Shown in pieces: positions 1 through 14,130 of a stretch of DNA of 64,000 bases. The notes beneath the pieces are model-generated. The model was not told the origin of the DNA. It ran no database searches and saw only the letters and a program-made list of their open reading frames with translations. The position numbers and the translations under genes are program-made. Location of the stretch: the NCBI GenBank assembly GCA_964016885.1, contig OZ024741.1, positions 93,806,001 to 93,870,000 on the forward strand, in the 5' to 3' direction. Within the stretch, counting starts at the first letter, position 1. The number at the start of each line of letters is the position of its first letter. Source of the stretch: Eledone cirrhosa (lineage: Eukaryota).

Positions 1-87
1 GTAAGTGAGATGCAGATGCCTGGTGTGTCTGAGATGATAGTAGCTCCATTTCAGTACTGATTTGGTCTGTGAAGACCCATCCAACCC

Positions 88-920
88 TTGCTAGCAGGAT
101 GTTGGTTGGGTCCAAGGATGGTGGTAGCATTGTGGATGTACAGGCAAATAGGTGGAAGCAAATCTTGGGTACACAAGAGAGGTAGTTGGATAATGGGTAG
201 ACTAACAGGAAGGGAAAACTTTATTTGTAGAAGATGTCCAGGGGTAACCAAGGGGAAGATAGCCAGTGATGTAAATCTATTCCAGGAAGGATTCATAGAA
301 GTGGTTGATAGCTTATGCTTGCTAGGCTATGTAATTAGCAATGGAGGATGGTGCTCTGAAAGCATAAAAGCTCAAATAAAGATAGGATCGAAAAAGTTCA
401 GAGAGCTACTCCCACTGATGACCACAAAAGGTTTCTCCCTAGATACAAAAGGACGACTGTATCATGTCTGTGTGTGAAGTGTGATGCTGCATGGTAGAGG
501 AACAAGAGTTGTGACTGTAGAGGACATACATAGACTGGAGAGAAATGAAACAACCATGCTTCATTGGCTGCACAATGTAAGTGTGAGAGAAAGGCAGAGG
601 TTGGACGAATTGAGGGAGAAGCTAGTTTTAAGAGGAATCTGACGTGTGCAGGAGAGAAGACTGCGTTGGTTTGGACATGTGATGCGCATGGACAATGATC
701 GTTGGGTGAAGAAGTGCCAGGAAATGCCAGGGGAAGGAAGCTGTGGTAGAGGTAGATGAAGAAAAACCCGGGCTGGGGTTGTGAGAGCTGACCTTAAATC
801 ACTGAGACTCAAAGAGGTGATGACAAAGGATCGTGGAATGTGGAGAGATGCTGTGGTGAGAAGGACCTATCCAACCCATGCAAGCCCTGAAAAGCGAACG
901 TAAAAACGATGATGATGATG
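88..920 (+). mobile_element. Decayed RTE-clade LINE, 3' part
   Basis: Translates to WVHKR..FICRRC..EVVDSLCLLG..KFRELLPL..RLRWFGHVMRM with stops. Ends in CCAACCCATGCAAGC..AAAAGCGAACGTAAAAA plus a (GAT)n tail. Same family as 30700-32100 and 54326-57260. Confidence 0.8.
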
Positions 921-1680
921 AAGAAATGGGTGAAGTGATGTCAAGAACTGAGAGGAAAGAGTCTACATACTCGATAAAAGTGATGAGTTGACACGGATGC
1001 AATCATTGCTGTATTTGCCGAGGTATAGTCGATTAGACCGAATCTAGTTCTTGGATTTATTTTGATGAAAGGCAAATAGACCTCGGCGTTTATTGAACTC
1101 ATAATAAATTATAACACACGCACAACAAATAAAGAAATCATTATATTTAATTGATACTGATGGGATAAATAGTACAAATAAAATAAGCTTAGATAGATTT
1201 TAACCCAGAATATAAGATTATGTAACTGAATACCACTAGACATTATAGAGTTTAATTTCGTACATCTGGGTTCAAATTCTGCCAGGGGACGATAAAACAG
1301 ATAACAAGCATGAACCTGATTGATTTGATTGATCACACCTCTCCCTCACACACTATTGACTTTGTGTCAATACAAGAAAACCTTAGATTTTTGTTGATTT
1401 GCTTCATCATTGGTGTATGGCCAGAGAGGTGATAGTGTAAAAGCAATACGTCAATGAGTTTTCATTAGTCATCGTTCCACTTTATCAGTCATGTTACTGG
1501 TCATTTAATCATACTACTGACACATATATTTCAGTTGAAATGACATGTTACAATACAATATTGCAAAAAAAAAAAAATTTTTGTGTCTTATCTTAACGTG
1601 TTTTTCTTTTAGTTCACAAAAAGGTCTCAAATCTAAATATTGCGTAATCAGCAAGAGGTGAACATATGCTTGTAAATGTT

Positions 1681-1695
1681 TATATATATATATAT

Positions 1696-1752
<57 letters not shown>

Positions 1753-1760
1753 CACATACA
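1681..1760. repeat. (TA)n/(CA)n microsatellite upstream of TPP2
   Basis: Read directly from the sequence. Confidence 0.95.
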
Positions 1761-2176
1761 TTAATTTTATTGCAGTTTATGATCAGCGGAAACCAAGAGC
1801 GAAACTCTGAATAGCAACAGAGAGTAATCTCAATAATATATATATATATTTATTTACATTGATAAGATTATCACTAATATATGACTTTACTCTTTTTAGT
1901 ATTTAAAACGGTCAATGTCATGTTTTCGGTAAAGTCTGTAAAGGTTAAGTCAAAATAGAGAGGCTGCTATTGGCTTGAAACTACCATAGCAGGAGAAGCT
2001 CTTGGCAAAACTACTAGAAGAAAAGCAAAGCAAGAAGGTGGTTAGCTGTAAGAGAAAGAAGAGGGCGAAGGCGGAGACAAGTAAAGCAAAGTACAAGTCA
2101 CCAGCGAGAACTGCTGTTGCACTCTCTAAAAGACGGAAAGTAATAAAAGAACTTGCTTGGTCACCGGTGCACAAGT

Positions 2177-2338
2177 ATGGCGTCATCGGCAGATACAGTT
2201 TTCCCTGTCGACGGTCTTTTACCAAAGAAAGAAACTGGTTCAACTTCATTTCTCTCCAAGTATCCTGAATATGATGGCAGAGGAATCTTAATTGCTATAT
2301 TAGATACTGGGATTGATCCTGGTGCTGCTGGTTTACAG
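2177..2338 (+). CDS. TPP2: Tripeptidyl-peptidase II, first coding exon (54 aa)
   Basis: [54 protein letters not shown] matches the TPP2 N-terminus ([16 protein letters not shown], and the subtilase catalytic-Asp motif LDTG). Donor CAG|gtacgg, phase 0. Confidence 0.96.
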
Positions 2339-4199
2339 GTACGGTTACATTGTCTTTTCCTTATGTGTGTAGGTGTGTATAAGCCATGTGTAGAATAGTT
2401 TGTTGCTAAACCTTTAATTGTCAAAATTCAAATTAAATATATTTGGTTTCAGATAATAAAATAGATGTAGCGTAACCCAAAGTAACTAAACACAAACAAA
2501 ATTATTTGTTGACAGAATGATTTATTAAGTAGACATCTGTTAAGATACATGTACTTAATTTTGTCAAGATCCCTCAATAATGGTTACAAAATGGGGGTTC
2601 TGTTTATAATCATGATCAATTATATACTTATCCCCTATTTTATGACCATATCTTTTCATCACCCTTTATACAAATAAAAAAAAAATGAATGGATATATAT
2701 TTTTACTTTTATTTGTTTATTTTTCATTTTTATCCTACTGCAATGATTTCGAAAGTAAGGGAGCGTTATTAATTAGTTATTTTATCAACTTCTAATTTGA
2801 TCTCAATGTAATTTTTGTCTAAAAATATTTTTAGAAATATCTTTAAGGGTTAGGAAATAGGAACAGCCTTTTTTAATCTTTACCCCATTATATTTTGACA
2901 TTTTTAGCTCGAGCTTTTCACCTGCTGCCTCATCATGTTAATGTGTGTGCATGTAGAACAAGATCCTTACATCTATATTAAAGAAAACTTCTATCGCGCA
3001 CTGATTGTTCAATTAGTGAAAGTAAAGAGAAATAACCACAAGAAAAATTTCCAAAAAATACGTAAAAGTAACAAATTTCGCCTTTCTCTGACATCATTCA
3101 GCTTTCACTTAGTCTTAGTAATTAACATACCATATTGTGTGGAAACATATTCCCACGATTTCTTTTCTTTCTTTTCTTTATAACCCAAACCAATGCTTAT
3201 TCCAGTTCCCCTGTATCAATTGACTCTATCAACCACATCTCAAAAGCTTTACTATTCGTACGTTCATATACAGCAGTTGCTACGTTCTATCCTGAAAGCA
3301 TCTCCATTTTCACTTGTAAACTTCTGTCCATATAGGTATTAATTATTTATAGCCCCACAAATTGTGATAAGAAACATAAAAAGAAATATTGTAATGTTGA
3401 TTGTTTTTGACGTTCGGATTCGAGTTTTGATTAAGTCATTAGAAAGTTTAGCCTTTAGGAAAAGAATAATTTCTAATGTCATAAGGAGCTTTTCTGACGC
3501 AATGAATAGCAATTTCAGAATACACTTGCCTTAATTATTTAGTTAAATTGGATACTTTGAAAAGTTTCGCGTTGTTGCATATTGATCAGACACAGTCTTC
3601 ATTAAAGCGACAGAAAGTTTTTACAGACTCTTCTCAAGTAATAGTAGTTAACAACGCTAACGCAAGAAGAGTTAAGAACCCGTGACACCGTCATTACGAG
3701 CTTATAGGGGGAAAAAAAGTTAAGCAGTGGGCCATAAATGGTTTTAACCCCAAACATCTTTTTTATCTACCAGAAGCTTCACCTTTTCTCGTCACCTATT
3801 TTTTTACTGTCTCGTTCGAGATGGTAGAACAGCACCCATGCCGGTGTTGGGGGTGGGGGCCTAAATATGTAGGCAAAGTAGTTGAATTCACGAGAGTTTG
3901 ATTTTGTATTGATTGGAAATCATAAATCCTTTAAAACTCATCCAGATGGTTGTCTGAGTCCTATTCAGCACATATTCCATGTACCAAATATGTTTTGCTG
4001 GAGCTTCTCAATCTGCTTACAAGGATTTACAAAATCTATGTTATAAAAAGTGTAAATATTATAATCAAAGAAAGTTCGAATAAACCCCCCCCCCCCCCAT
4101 TCCAAACGATCGCCCAATCTTTTCCTTTCAGATTCAGAAAATATATATCAAATTACCCATCCATCTCTGGAAACTCCCTTTTTTGTTAGAAAACAAACA

Positions 4200-6912
4200 T
4201 CTAGTTACCCACATGTAATGTTACTGGGGTGGAAGTCAGTAGAAGTGTGCAGGTACAAGAGGTAAAGTGGAGAGGAGCCTTAGCCAAACTTTCTACAGGC
4301 AAAAGAGACTAGTGCAAATTGTTTGGGTAACAGTGATGGAATGTGCTGAGTAGGCATAGTGTAGACGGAGAAATCGGTAGATAAAGTAATTGAGGTAGTC
4401 AGTGTATGTTATCTCAGCATATACACCATAACCATGGGTGCTAGATGAACAGAAGGACTGTCTTTATAAAGCCCTTCTGCTGATTACTTTTATAACAAAT
4501 GACAACCACCTTATTATCATAGCTGGTGACTTTAACCCTTAAGCATTTAAACCGGCCGAATCTGGCCAGAATTCTCTCACCTCTCTCTGTTCAAACCAGA
4601 TGTAACCGGCTTCTCATCCAACATTAAGGTATTGTTCTCAAAATAAATGATATCAAAATCTTGTAAATTTGATATTATGTGAGATAAAGCTTTTACTGTG
4701 AAAATACAATAGTAAATATAAAGTAATGTGAATGCTAAAGGGTTAAGGAGCATCTAACCCATGTTAGCCTGGAAGATGGACGTTAATCAATGACGATGAT
4801 GATTGAGTGACACTATAATGTTTTTTTTTGCATACATGGAGGATATGTTCGGGGGAATGAGGGATCAAATGACCAAATTATTTACAACACTAATTTCACA
4901 AAACCAGCCTGCTTCCTGATCATCAACCAATCAGATGAACATATAAGGCTGATGGCAGGATAGACAGATACTTGTGGATGTTAAGTCTTTGGTGAAGAAT
5001 GTACTACTGAACATAGGCTAATTATCAGTGCTCTTGGGATAAGAGCTAGATGGAGTAAAGATAATTGGGTGAAGGAAGATATGGAAGCTGAAAGAGCTCT
5101 CGATCAGATGTAGGTTCAGAGAAATACTAGCAGATACATGAGGAGGGAGGGAGGAGAATGAGGCGGGGATATGGACTTGTCACATAGAGGACAGCCATAG
5201 AAAACATGTGAAACAGGGTCATGATGGCCCATCAGCTGTGTCATAAATATGACAACTTCCCTAGTGTTGGTGATTCACATGATAAATGAATAGCTAGTAC
5301 ACTTCTCTAAAGTGGTTGTTGATAGGAAGGGCATTAAGCTGTAAAAAATCCTGCCTAACAAAGATTCTTTAGCTATGCCAAGTATATGACAACTTCCTTA
5401 ATATGGGTACCATGAAAAAATGCACTTGGTAGAGTGCAGAATTGTATGTAGAGCCCCTGGCCCACCTGGAGGTCAGAGGCTCCACTTAAGTATTGGTTGG
5501 TCTGAGACAATATGTCCAACCCTTGCTAGCAAGGAAAACAAATGTTAAATGGTGATAATGAACCTGCTCTGAGTAACAGACCAGATTTGTGGCTGGTGCA
5601 AGGTTCCAACCAGATGAAAGATGATGTAGTGGTTGAATAGCACTGTGAATAGAGCAGTAGAAACTAAGAGATTGGAAGGAAGTTGGTGGGTGAGAGACAA
5701 AGAACAATATTATGTAGCTAAGTGTTAGGTATACTTAGCAAGGAGAGAAGCTGAATATATGAAGTTTGCACATTCTATAATGAAAGGCATGTATCAAAAA
5801 GAATTGAGATGTTATTGAAGAGAAGTGTGTACAGAATGATAGTGGCCCACTTATTCTTGCTGATGCTGAAAAGAAAGGCATGAAATGCTGTTATTAGAGG
5901 TTGTTGAGTGAGAGCCTACCCCTAGTAGACAATAGAGGAACCAGCTATTGAAGTTTACCCAATGACTGGTGCATCATCATCATCAACAACTACTACAAAG
6001 GCAAAGTGGAATGCTCGAGACAGAATTTGTGAAGTTTGGAAAGAAATTAGGCGAATATGCTCCACTGGGTGTATAATGTTAGTGTGCATGAAGGAAGGAG
6101 CACATGAGATGAGAGACAAACTGGATATAAGAGAATCATATGTAATGCACAAGAGAGAAGACTGTACTGGTATGGACATGTGATATGTATGGCAGATATG
6201 ATTTGTATAAAGAAGAGTTAAGTGCTCAACGTGAATGTGGAAGGTGTGGGATGAAGTGAACATGAATCTAATGAGGCTGAATTCCATGAAGGAGATGCTC
6301 CTTCCCAAAGAATATAGATCAGATGGTCACACCTTTAATTACATGTCTGTTCAATCAGGGCAACAAATAGTTATATATATATGCTTAAAGTTGACAGTTG
6401 CATCTTTTTTCAGGCATTGTGTATCGAGGACTTCACAATCCAATGTGTCCTTTATTTTTAGATAGTAGGGTATAATTTGAGGGAAGATTTGGCTGCTAAT
6501 TCTAGCAGTTCAAATGTTGCTGTAGAGGTTTCTTCATTCATGTGTGGATACTAATAACATTACATATTTAGCACCATCTAGTTGTCTGTGACCTGAGGGC
6601 GAAAGGAGGAGAGCTCAGCATAAGAAATATTGACCAAGCCTGAAAGTATGGTTGTTAAAAGAGGCAACATTGAGGGAGGCACTGAGTATAGTGAAAGATG
6701 ACACAAATGAACTTGAGAGTGCTTTGACATCTTTGAACAATGGTTTGTTAAGAGCTGTTAATTATGTCTGTGGATTGACAAAAGGATCACCAAGACACTT
6801 CGAAACATGGTGGTTGGATGATGAAGCTGAAAAAAGGATTGATTAGAAAATGAAGAGATTCACAGAATGACAGAGAATGAAGGATATGGCAGCAGATGAG
6901 GCATATGAAAGA
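4200..6912 (+). mobile_element. Interleaved, heavily decayed RTE LINE and SINE-tail fragments
   Basis: APE motifs (CVQVQEVKWRG-like at ~4245; IAGDF at ~4520), TWW motif at ~6805, and LYWYGHV-like at ~6165. Many stops and frameshifts. Boundaries approximate. Confidence 0.55.
4536..4742. mobile_element. piggyBac-type MITE
   Basis: TTAA|CCCTTAAGCATT ... AATGCTAAAGGG|TTAA gives a TTAA duplication and terminal inverted repeats. Inserted at the GDF(N) motif of a LINE endonuclease remnant. Confidence 0.9.
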
Positions 6913-8220
6913 TTAGACAACCTCAAGAAGTTTTCCTTTGATATATATTTCTAGCTGGTGAACATTTTGACCAGGTGCAGGTTGACATATGACCACAGTT
7001 TTCATCAGGTTAATTGTAAGACCAAAAACATCACATGCTGCATCAAACGAAGAGATAAATGATTGCAAGCCATATTTCTGCAAGATTAACAAGGTCACAA
7101 TCATTGGCATACAGCAAGTCTCTAACCAATGGAGTGAAAACTCTGGATTTGAATTTCAATCTTGTCTGATTAAAAACATTTCTTGTGCGATACCTTCATA
7201 TAGACACCCTCCTCATTGTTCAGAAAGGCATGGGGCAACATTGCAGCAAAGTAAATAACAAATAAAGTGGGTGTATCCAGGTCCCTCTGCTTTACCCCAT
7301 TTTCTACTGCAAAAGGCTCTGAAAGGGTTCCTGAAAAATTAACCCTGACTTTCATATCTTTGTGCATGGCTTTTAGAATGTTAAACTTGTTAGGGCATCC
7401 AAATTTGAGCAAAACCAACCACAAAGCATTTCTGTTCATGGTTTGGAAGCCTTGCTAAGATCGACAAAACAATAATAGAGGGTGAGGTTCTGTTCAACAC
7501 ATTTTTCTTGCAATTGCCTGATTGTAAAGATTATATCATTAGTGCCTCTTTTTTCATGAAAACCCCATTGAGACACCGACACAGCTCTCAGAACAATAAA
7601 GGCATTTAAATGTTCCAAAAATATACTGGCCAGAACCTTGCCAACAACCGACAAGAGTGAGATGCCTCTGAAATTACCACATTGGTCTTTATTACGACAC
7701 TTAAAAAGAGTTACCAAAACAGCATCTATCCAGTCTTGCGACACTTCCTCCTTCACAATAATGAGCTATTACTATTTGCAAAACATGCATCATTTTCTCA
7801 CCACATACTTCAAAACTTCTGCATTTATACCATCAATTCCAGGAGTTTTATTATTGTTCAACTTTTTTACAGCTAATTCAATGTCATTCCTAGATGATTC
7901 TAATGCCATATCGTCAATCACAGGGAAATTTACAAGAGACTCAATGACAGACATGTATACATTAGAAGGTTGATTGAGCAACTCAGAAAAGTGTTCTACC
8001 AACTGATTTTGAATGGATACAACATTGGTTAAAAGAGTTTGACTATCAGCAGATTTGACAGGTGCAATTGAAGATGATTGTGGACCACAAACATCTTTTA
8101 CAAATGAGTAAAATGTTTTGAAATCTGTGCGATGTAATTCTTGCGCCTGCTTAGCTTTTTCATGTCACCATTGAACCTTAGAGCTCCACAGAACATTCTG
8201 AACATTACTCTTGATTTCTG
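6913..8220 (-). mobile_element. Decayed RTE LINE fragment (RT domain), related to the intact element at 14140
   Basis: [52 protein letters not shown] and RDLLYANDCDL parallel the intact ORF. Frameshifted. Confidence 0.88.
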
Positions 8221-8239
8221 GATCATGACAGCTCTAGTC

Positions 8240-9950
8240 ACAGGTTATTCCAAGTGATCCACTCGACCATCTCCCTGCTGCCTTTATCTTCATTAAGCAT
8301 CCTGGGAACAAACTTTACACAAACTCTATGCATGTTCAGGTCGTCATGAACAACTCTGCACAGTGCCCTCAGCTACTTCAAATCTGGGGTCCCTTGAACC
8401 CTAGGCTATTGCAGTATGTGGTCCTTATTTTTGATACAACTGATGGGACCTTTGGCACTACACAGTGGTGTTCTGTTCATGGGCTGGTTCTGCTTTCAAT
8501 GCTAAAGTTTGGTGCTAACCCTACCAAGATCTTCCATATGTGAATCACTGCGTATCTGTCTGTCTTCAGCCTCTCCCAGTAGCTCATCGCTTTTATTGAG
8601 GCAATCTTCTTGGTGTAGCTTTGTTGGATTGCGTCAAGTTCTGCAGTTAGATTGACATTGTTGGGTGACTACAGCTGAGAGCAATAATCCAGTCAGCGGA
8701 GGACAAAAGTCCTCCAGAAGACCAACATGGTTTCTGGATCTCTAGTCCTGAATGCCATCAGAATCAAACTCACCAGTCTCCTGCACATTGTCATCGTTTT
8801 GGTGATGTATGCATGAAACGATGCATCATTGCTCATGTCAATACCCAGGTCTTGTATTGATTTTGACTTTGATTCCTCCTGGTCAAGTGTACCTTTGTTG
8901 AGGGTGGTCCTATGTTTGTGGGTTGATTGTATATGGCATCTAAATCTTGTGAGAGAATAGCATCAGCTGGTTTCTTGATTGCTTGTGCTACTTTCATGTC
9001 ATCAGCATAGCTTGTGAGGGAGGCTGTCCATATTACAGAGGGCATGACTCAGAGAGCCTCCACAAACAGTTGTGGCCCCAAGATGGTTCCTTAGGGCATG
9101 CCGCTTGTTATTGATGTTACCTTTGAGAAGACCCCATTGGCTGCAACAGTCTGGTTCTGTCATAAAGCTATTCACCTAGTTTTCCAGCTGTGCCAAAGCT
9201 ACATAGATTGTGACATATCATTCCATGATCAACCTTGTCGATGGCCTTCACAAAGTTGAGATATATCACATCTATGTTCGAATGATCTAGCAGCTGTTTG
9301 AGTATCTAATCATAATGCTGTAAGAGCTGCATAAGATTCTACCTCGGTGAAAGCCATGCTGGGTGTCAGTTGGAAGATTATTTTCCTCTAGAAAAGTGAT
9401 CAGTTTCCTTCTGATGATTCATTCCATGACTTTGCTGATATGTGAGGTCAGGGAGATCTCATAGATCAGAGCATCTGCTCTGCTTCCTCTTTTATTGATA
9501 TGGCATATTATGCCTTCTTTAAGTTTTCTGGGTAGTTTACCACTTGCAAGGGATTTTTGGGAGAGGATCTGCAGTGGTTTTGCTAATGTTCGCTTACATG
9601 TTTTTAGGAGGATTGCTGGAAAACCATCAGGGCCAGCTGCCAAATTAGTCTATGGTTGATATTACACCTTTCATTTTTATATCTATGTGGTTGATGGTTG
9701 CCATTTCCCAGTGTTATGCAGTTGTGTTGAAGAACTCATCTGCCATACTTATTTGCATGTGATTCATTGGAGTTGTGAAAACACTTTTGTATTGTTCATT
9801 CAGTACCTCACTTATCTTCTGGGGGTCTGCAGTCAGTGAGCCATTTTATAGAGAAGTGGTCCTATCCCGTAGTGTGCTGAGGCAGTCTATTTTGCAAATT
9901 TAAAGGACTTAGGGTTTGTCTTTGTTTTCTATAGTCCTGGCATCTCTCTC
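8240..9950 (-). mobile_element. Decayed CR1/L2-like LINE fragment
   Basis: AAGPDGFPAILLK, ISLTSHISKVME, GTILGPQLF and SYADDMK motifs, with multiple disruptions. Confidence 0.75.
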
Positions 9951-10280
9951 ATCGTTTAACGTCTATCTTCCACGCTAACATGGGTTTAGACAGGAATTGT
10001 CCCACTTGAGGCAAGATTGGTTCTCTCGCTCGTATGGGACTGTCTGGCAGGTTTTCTACGGCTGGATGCCCTTCCTAACACCAACCACGTTTACAGTGTG
10101 GGGCTGGGAGGTTTTTACCGTGTTATCTACATGGCCACATTACAGCGTGGACTGTGTTTTTTTTTGTCGTGACACCTACACGACCTCGTTTGTTTAGGAC
10201 TGGATGTTGTGGTACCAGCATAACTTTACAGAGAAAGGGTGGTGTTGAAGGGGTGGGAGAGTTGAGGTAGTGGGAGAGGG

Positions 10281-10341
10281 GTGTATGTATGTATATATAT
10301 GTATGTATATATGTATATGTATGTATATATGTATATGTATG

Positions 10342-10382
<41 letters not shown>

Positions 10383-10465
10383 GTATGTATATATATATAT
10401 GTATGTATATATATATATGTATGTATACATATATATGTATGTATATATATATATGTATATATATG

Positions 10466-10554
<89 letters not shown>

Positions 10555-10875
10555 GTATGTATGTATATATATATATATGTATGTATATATATATATATGT
10601 ATATATATGTATGTATATATATATATGTATATATATATATGTATATATATATATGTATATATATATATGTATATATATATATGTATATATATATATGTAT
10701 ATATATATATGTATATATATGTATATATATATATGTATATATATATATGTATATATATATATGTATATATATATATGTATATATATATATGTATATATAT
10801 ATATGTATATATATATATGTATATATATATATGTATATATATATATGTATATATATATATGTATATATATATATG

Positions 10876-10906
<31 letters not shown>

Positions 10907-10917
10907 GTATATATATG

Positions 10918-10948
<31 letters not shown>

Positions 10949-10949
10949 G

Positions 10950-10980
<31 letters not shown>

Positions 10981-11024
10981 GTATATATATATATGTATAT
11001 ATATATATGTATATATATATATGT

Positions 11025-11065
<41 letters not shown>

Positions 11066-11094
11066 TATATGTATGTATATATATATATGTATGT

Positions 11095-11129
<35 letters not shown>

Positions 11130-11174
11130 CATATATATGTGTGTATACATATGCATGTATACATATGCATGTAT

Positions 11175-11225
<51 letters not shown>

Positions 11226-11280
11226 CATATATATGTATGTATACATATATATGTATGTATACATATATATGTATGTATAC

Positions 11281-11330
<50 letters not shown>

Positions 11331-11331
11331 G

Positions 11332-11363
<32 letters not shown>

Positions 11364-11364
11364 C

Positions 11365-11395
<31 letters not shown>

Positions 11396-11396
11396 C

Positions 11397-11427
<31 letters not shown>

Positions 11428-11446
11428 CATATATATGTATGTATAC

Positions 11447-11477
<31 letters not shown>

Positions 11478-11514
11478 CATATATATGTATGTATACATAT
11501 ATATGTATGTATAC

Positions 11515-11545
<31 letters not shown>

Positions 11546-11546
11546 C

Positions 11547-11577
<31 letters not shown>

Positions 11578-11578
11578 C

Positions 11579-11609
<31 letters not shown>

Positions 11610-11646
11610 CATATATATGTATGTATACATATATATGTATGTATAC

Positions 11647-11677
<31 letters not shown>

Positions 11678-11678
11678 C

Positions 11679-11709
<31 letters not shown>

Positions 11710-11764
11710 CATATATATGTATGTATACATATATATGTATGTATACATATATATGTATGTATAC

Positions 11765-11801
<37 letters not shown>

Positions 11802-11828
11802 TATGTATGTATATATATATATGTATGT

Positions 11829-11862
<34 letters not shown>

Positions 11863-11971
11863 GTATATATATGTATGTATGTATATATATGTATGTATGT
11901 ATATATATATATGTATGTATATATATATATATGTATGTATATATATATATGTATGTATATATATATGTATG

Positions 11972-12002
<31 letters not shown>

Positions 12003-12237
12003 GTATATATGTATATATATATATATATATGTATGTATATATATATATGTATGTATATATATATATGTATGTATATATATATATATGTATATATATATAT
12101 GTATATATGTATATATATATGTATATATATATGTATATATGTATATATATGTATATATATATGTATATGTATATATGTATATATATATATGTATATGTAT
12201 ATATGTATATATATATATGTATATATATATATGTATA

Positions 12238-12288
<51 letters not shown>

Positions 12289-12349
12289 GTATATATATAT
12301 ATGTATATGTATATATGTATATATATATATGTATATATATATATGTATA

Positions 12350-12426
<77 letters not shown>

Positions 12427-12430
12427 ATAT
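10281..12430. repeat. 2.15-kb compound (TA)n/TATG/TACA microsatellite
   Basis: Alternating purine-pyrimidine sequence. The central part has recurring TATGTATGTATACATATA units. Confidence 0.98.
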
Positions 12431-12762
12431 GGGGGCACATGGCTTAGTGGTTAGAGCATTGGCCTTGCAATCGAAAGGTTGTGAGTTCCGGGTGATGTGT
12501 TGTTTCCTTGAGCAAGACACTTTATTTCACATTGCTCCAGTTTACTCAGCTGTAGAAATGAGATGATAGGGACTGGGGTCCATATCATTCCACTGCAAAG
12601 TGGTCGTGGAGGAGCCACGGCAAAAAAAGCACCCAGCACTCAGCTGTAAATGAGGTTGGTGTTAGGAAGGGCATCCAGCTGTAGAAATCAAGCCAGAATC
12701 AGTTCCCGTCCCACCCTTGCGAGCAGGGAAAAGTGGACGTAAAATGAAATGAAATGAAAATG
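12431..12762 (+). mobile_element. tRNA-derived SINE (Meta-domain-like core, RTE-type tail)
   Basis: A-box TGGCTTAGTGG, core TCCTTGAGCAAGACACTTT..CTCAGCTGTAGAAATGAG, and tail AAAAGTGGACGTAAAATGA resembling RTE 3' ends. Near-identical copies at 48801 and 50561. Confidence 0.88.
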
Positions 12763-12865
12763 ATATATATATATGTATGTATATATATATGTATGTATAT
12801 ATATATATATATACATATATATGTATATATATATATATATGTATGTATATATATATATATGTATG

Positions 12866-12897
<32 letters not shown>

Positions 12898-12937
12898 TGT
12901 ATGTATATATATATATGTATATATATATATATGTATG

Positions 12938-12971
<34 letters not shown>

Positions 12972-12977
12972 TGTATG

Positions 12978-13011
<34 letters not shown>

Positions 13012-13111
13012 TGTATGTATATATATATATATATATATGTATGTATATATATATATATATATATGTATGTATATATATATATATATGTATGTATATATAT
13101 ATATATGTATG

Positions 13112-13148
<37 letters not shown>

Positions 13149-13237
13149 GTATATATATATATATATGTATGTATATATATATATATGTATGTATATATAT
13201 ATATATATGTATGTATATATATATGTATGTATGTATG

Positions 13238-13270
<33 letters not shown>

Positions 13271-13291
13271 ATATATATGTATGTATGTATG

Positions 13292-13322
<31 letters not shown>

Positions 13323-13323
13323 G

Positions 13324-13354
<31 letters not shown>

Positions 13355-13375
13355 ATATATATATATATATGTATG

Positions 13376-13406
<31 letters not shown>

Positions 13407-13500
13407 ATATATATATATATATGTATGTATATATATATATATATATGTATGTATATATATATATATATATGTATGTATATATATATATATATATGTATGT
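12763..13500. repeat. (TATG)2-4(TA)n microsatellite, 5' flank of the intact LINE
   Basis: Read directly from the sequence. Confidence 0.98.
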
Positions 13501-13722
13501 AATACGATCGGCTTCAACTATACAAACTCTTGAAAGTCAACAGTTGACATAATCTGGTAATCTTGTATCAGTAATGACGGTAATATATATATATATATGT
13601 GTGTGTGTGCGTGTAAGTGAGTAGAGTAGCGTGTGTGTGTGTTTGTTGTGTGTGTGAGTGTTGCTGTGTGCACGCATATGTATGCGTGTGTGTGTATGTC
13701 GTACGTATAAGTGTCAATAAGT

Positions 13723-13758
<36 letters not shown>

Positions 13759-14059
13759 GCGGGGACATAGAAATAATCGGGCTGGATGCCCGATCGCGCA
13801 GTTAAACCACTGGGAGTGAAGAACCCCTAGCCCATGTCAGGGTATTCTTCTAGGAGAAGGCATCTCAGGAAACTGGGTTAACTCCGATATAAAACCTGCG
13901 GCTCAGTAGTTACCGATGATGTTGATCTTTTCTTCTTTTCGGGTTATAGCTACTGTCGCTCAGAGAGTGGGATTGGTTCAGTGCACAGTCTTTCCTCACT
14001 TTAAAAATATTCGTCACGCACAGGCATTGCACGAGTGCATTAATAATTATTAATAGTGT

Positions 14060-14094
<35 letters not shown>

Positions 14095-14099
14095 TATTA

Positions 14100-14130
<31 letters not shown>

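Noticed and set aside
2002-2268. Lys/Arg-rich 88-aa ORF overlapping TPP2 exon 1
   Set aside because: Starts at TTG, reflects a purine-rich leader, and has no recognisable homology.
12431-12495. tRNA gene
   Set aside because: It is the tRNA-derived head of a repeated SINE, with a damaged T-arm and no acceptor stem.
10123-13552. 240-770 aa Y/I/M/C/V/H/T-rich ORFs in several frames
   Set aside because: Alternating purine-pyrimidine repeats cannot contain stop codons. These are translation artefacts.
13873-13975. Twister or HDV-like ribozyme (TTAACTCCG resembles a twister start)
   Set aside because: The twister GGTCCCAAGCC/GAGGG elements and the HDV P3/L3 motif could not be found by eye. Kept only as an unclassified structured region.
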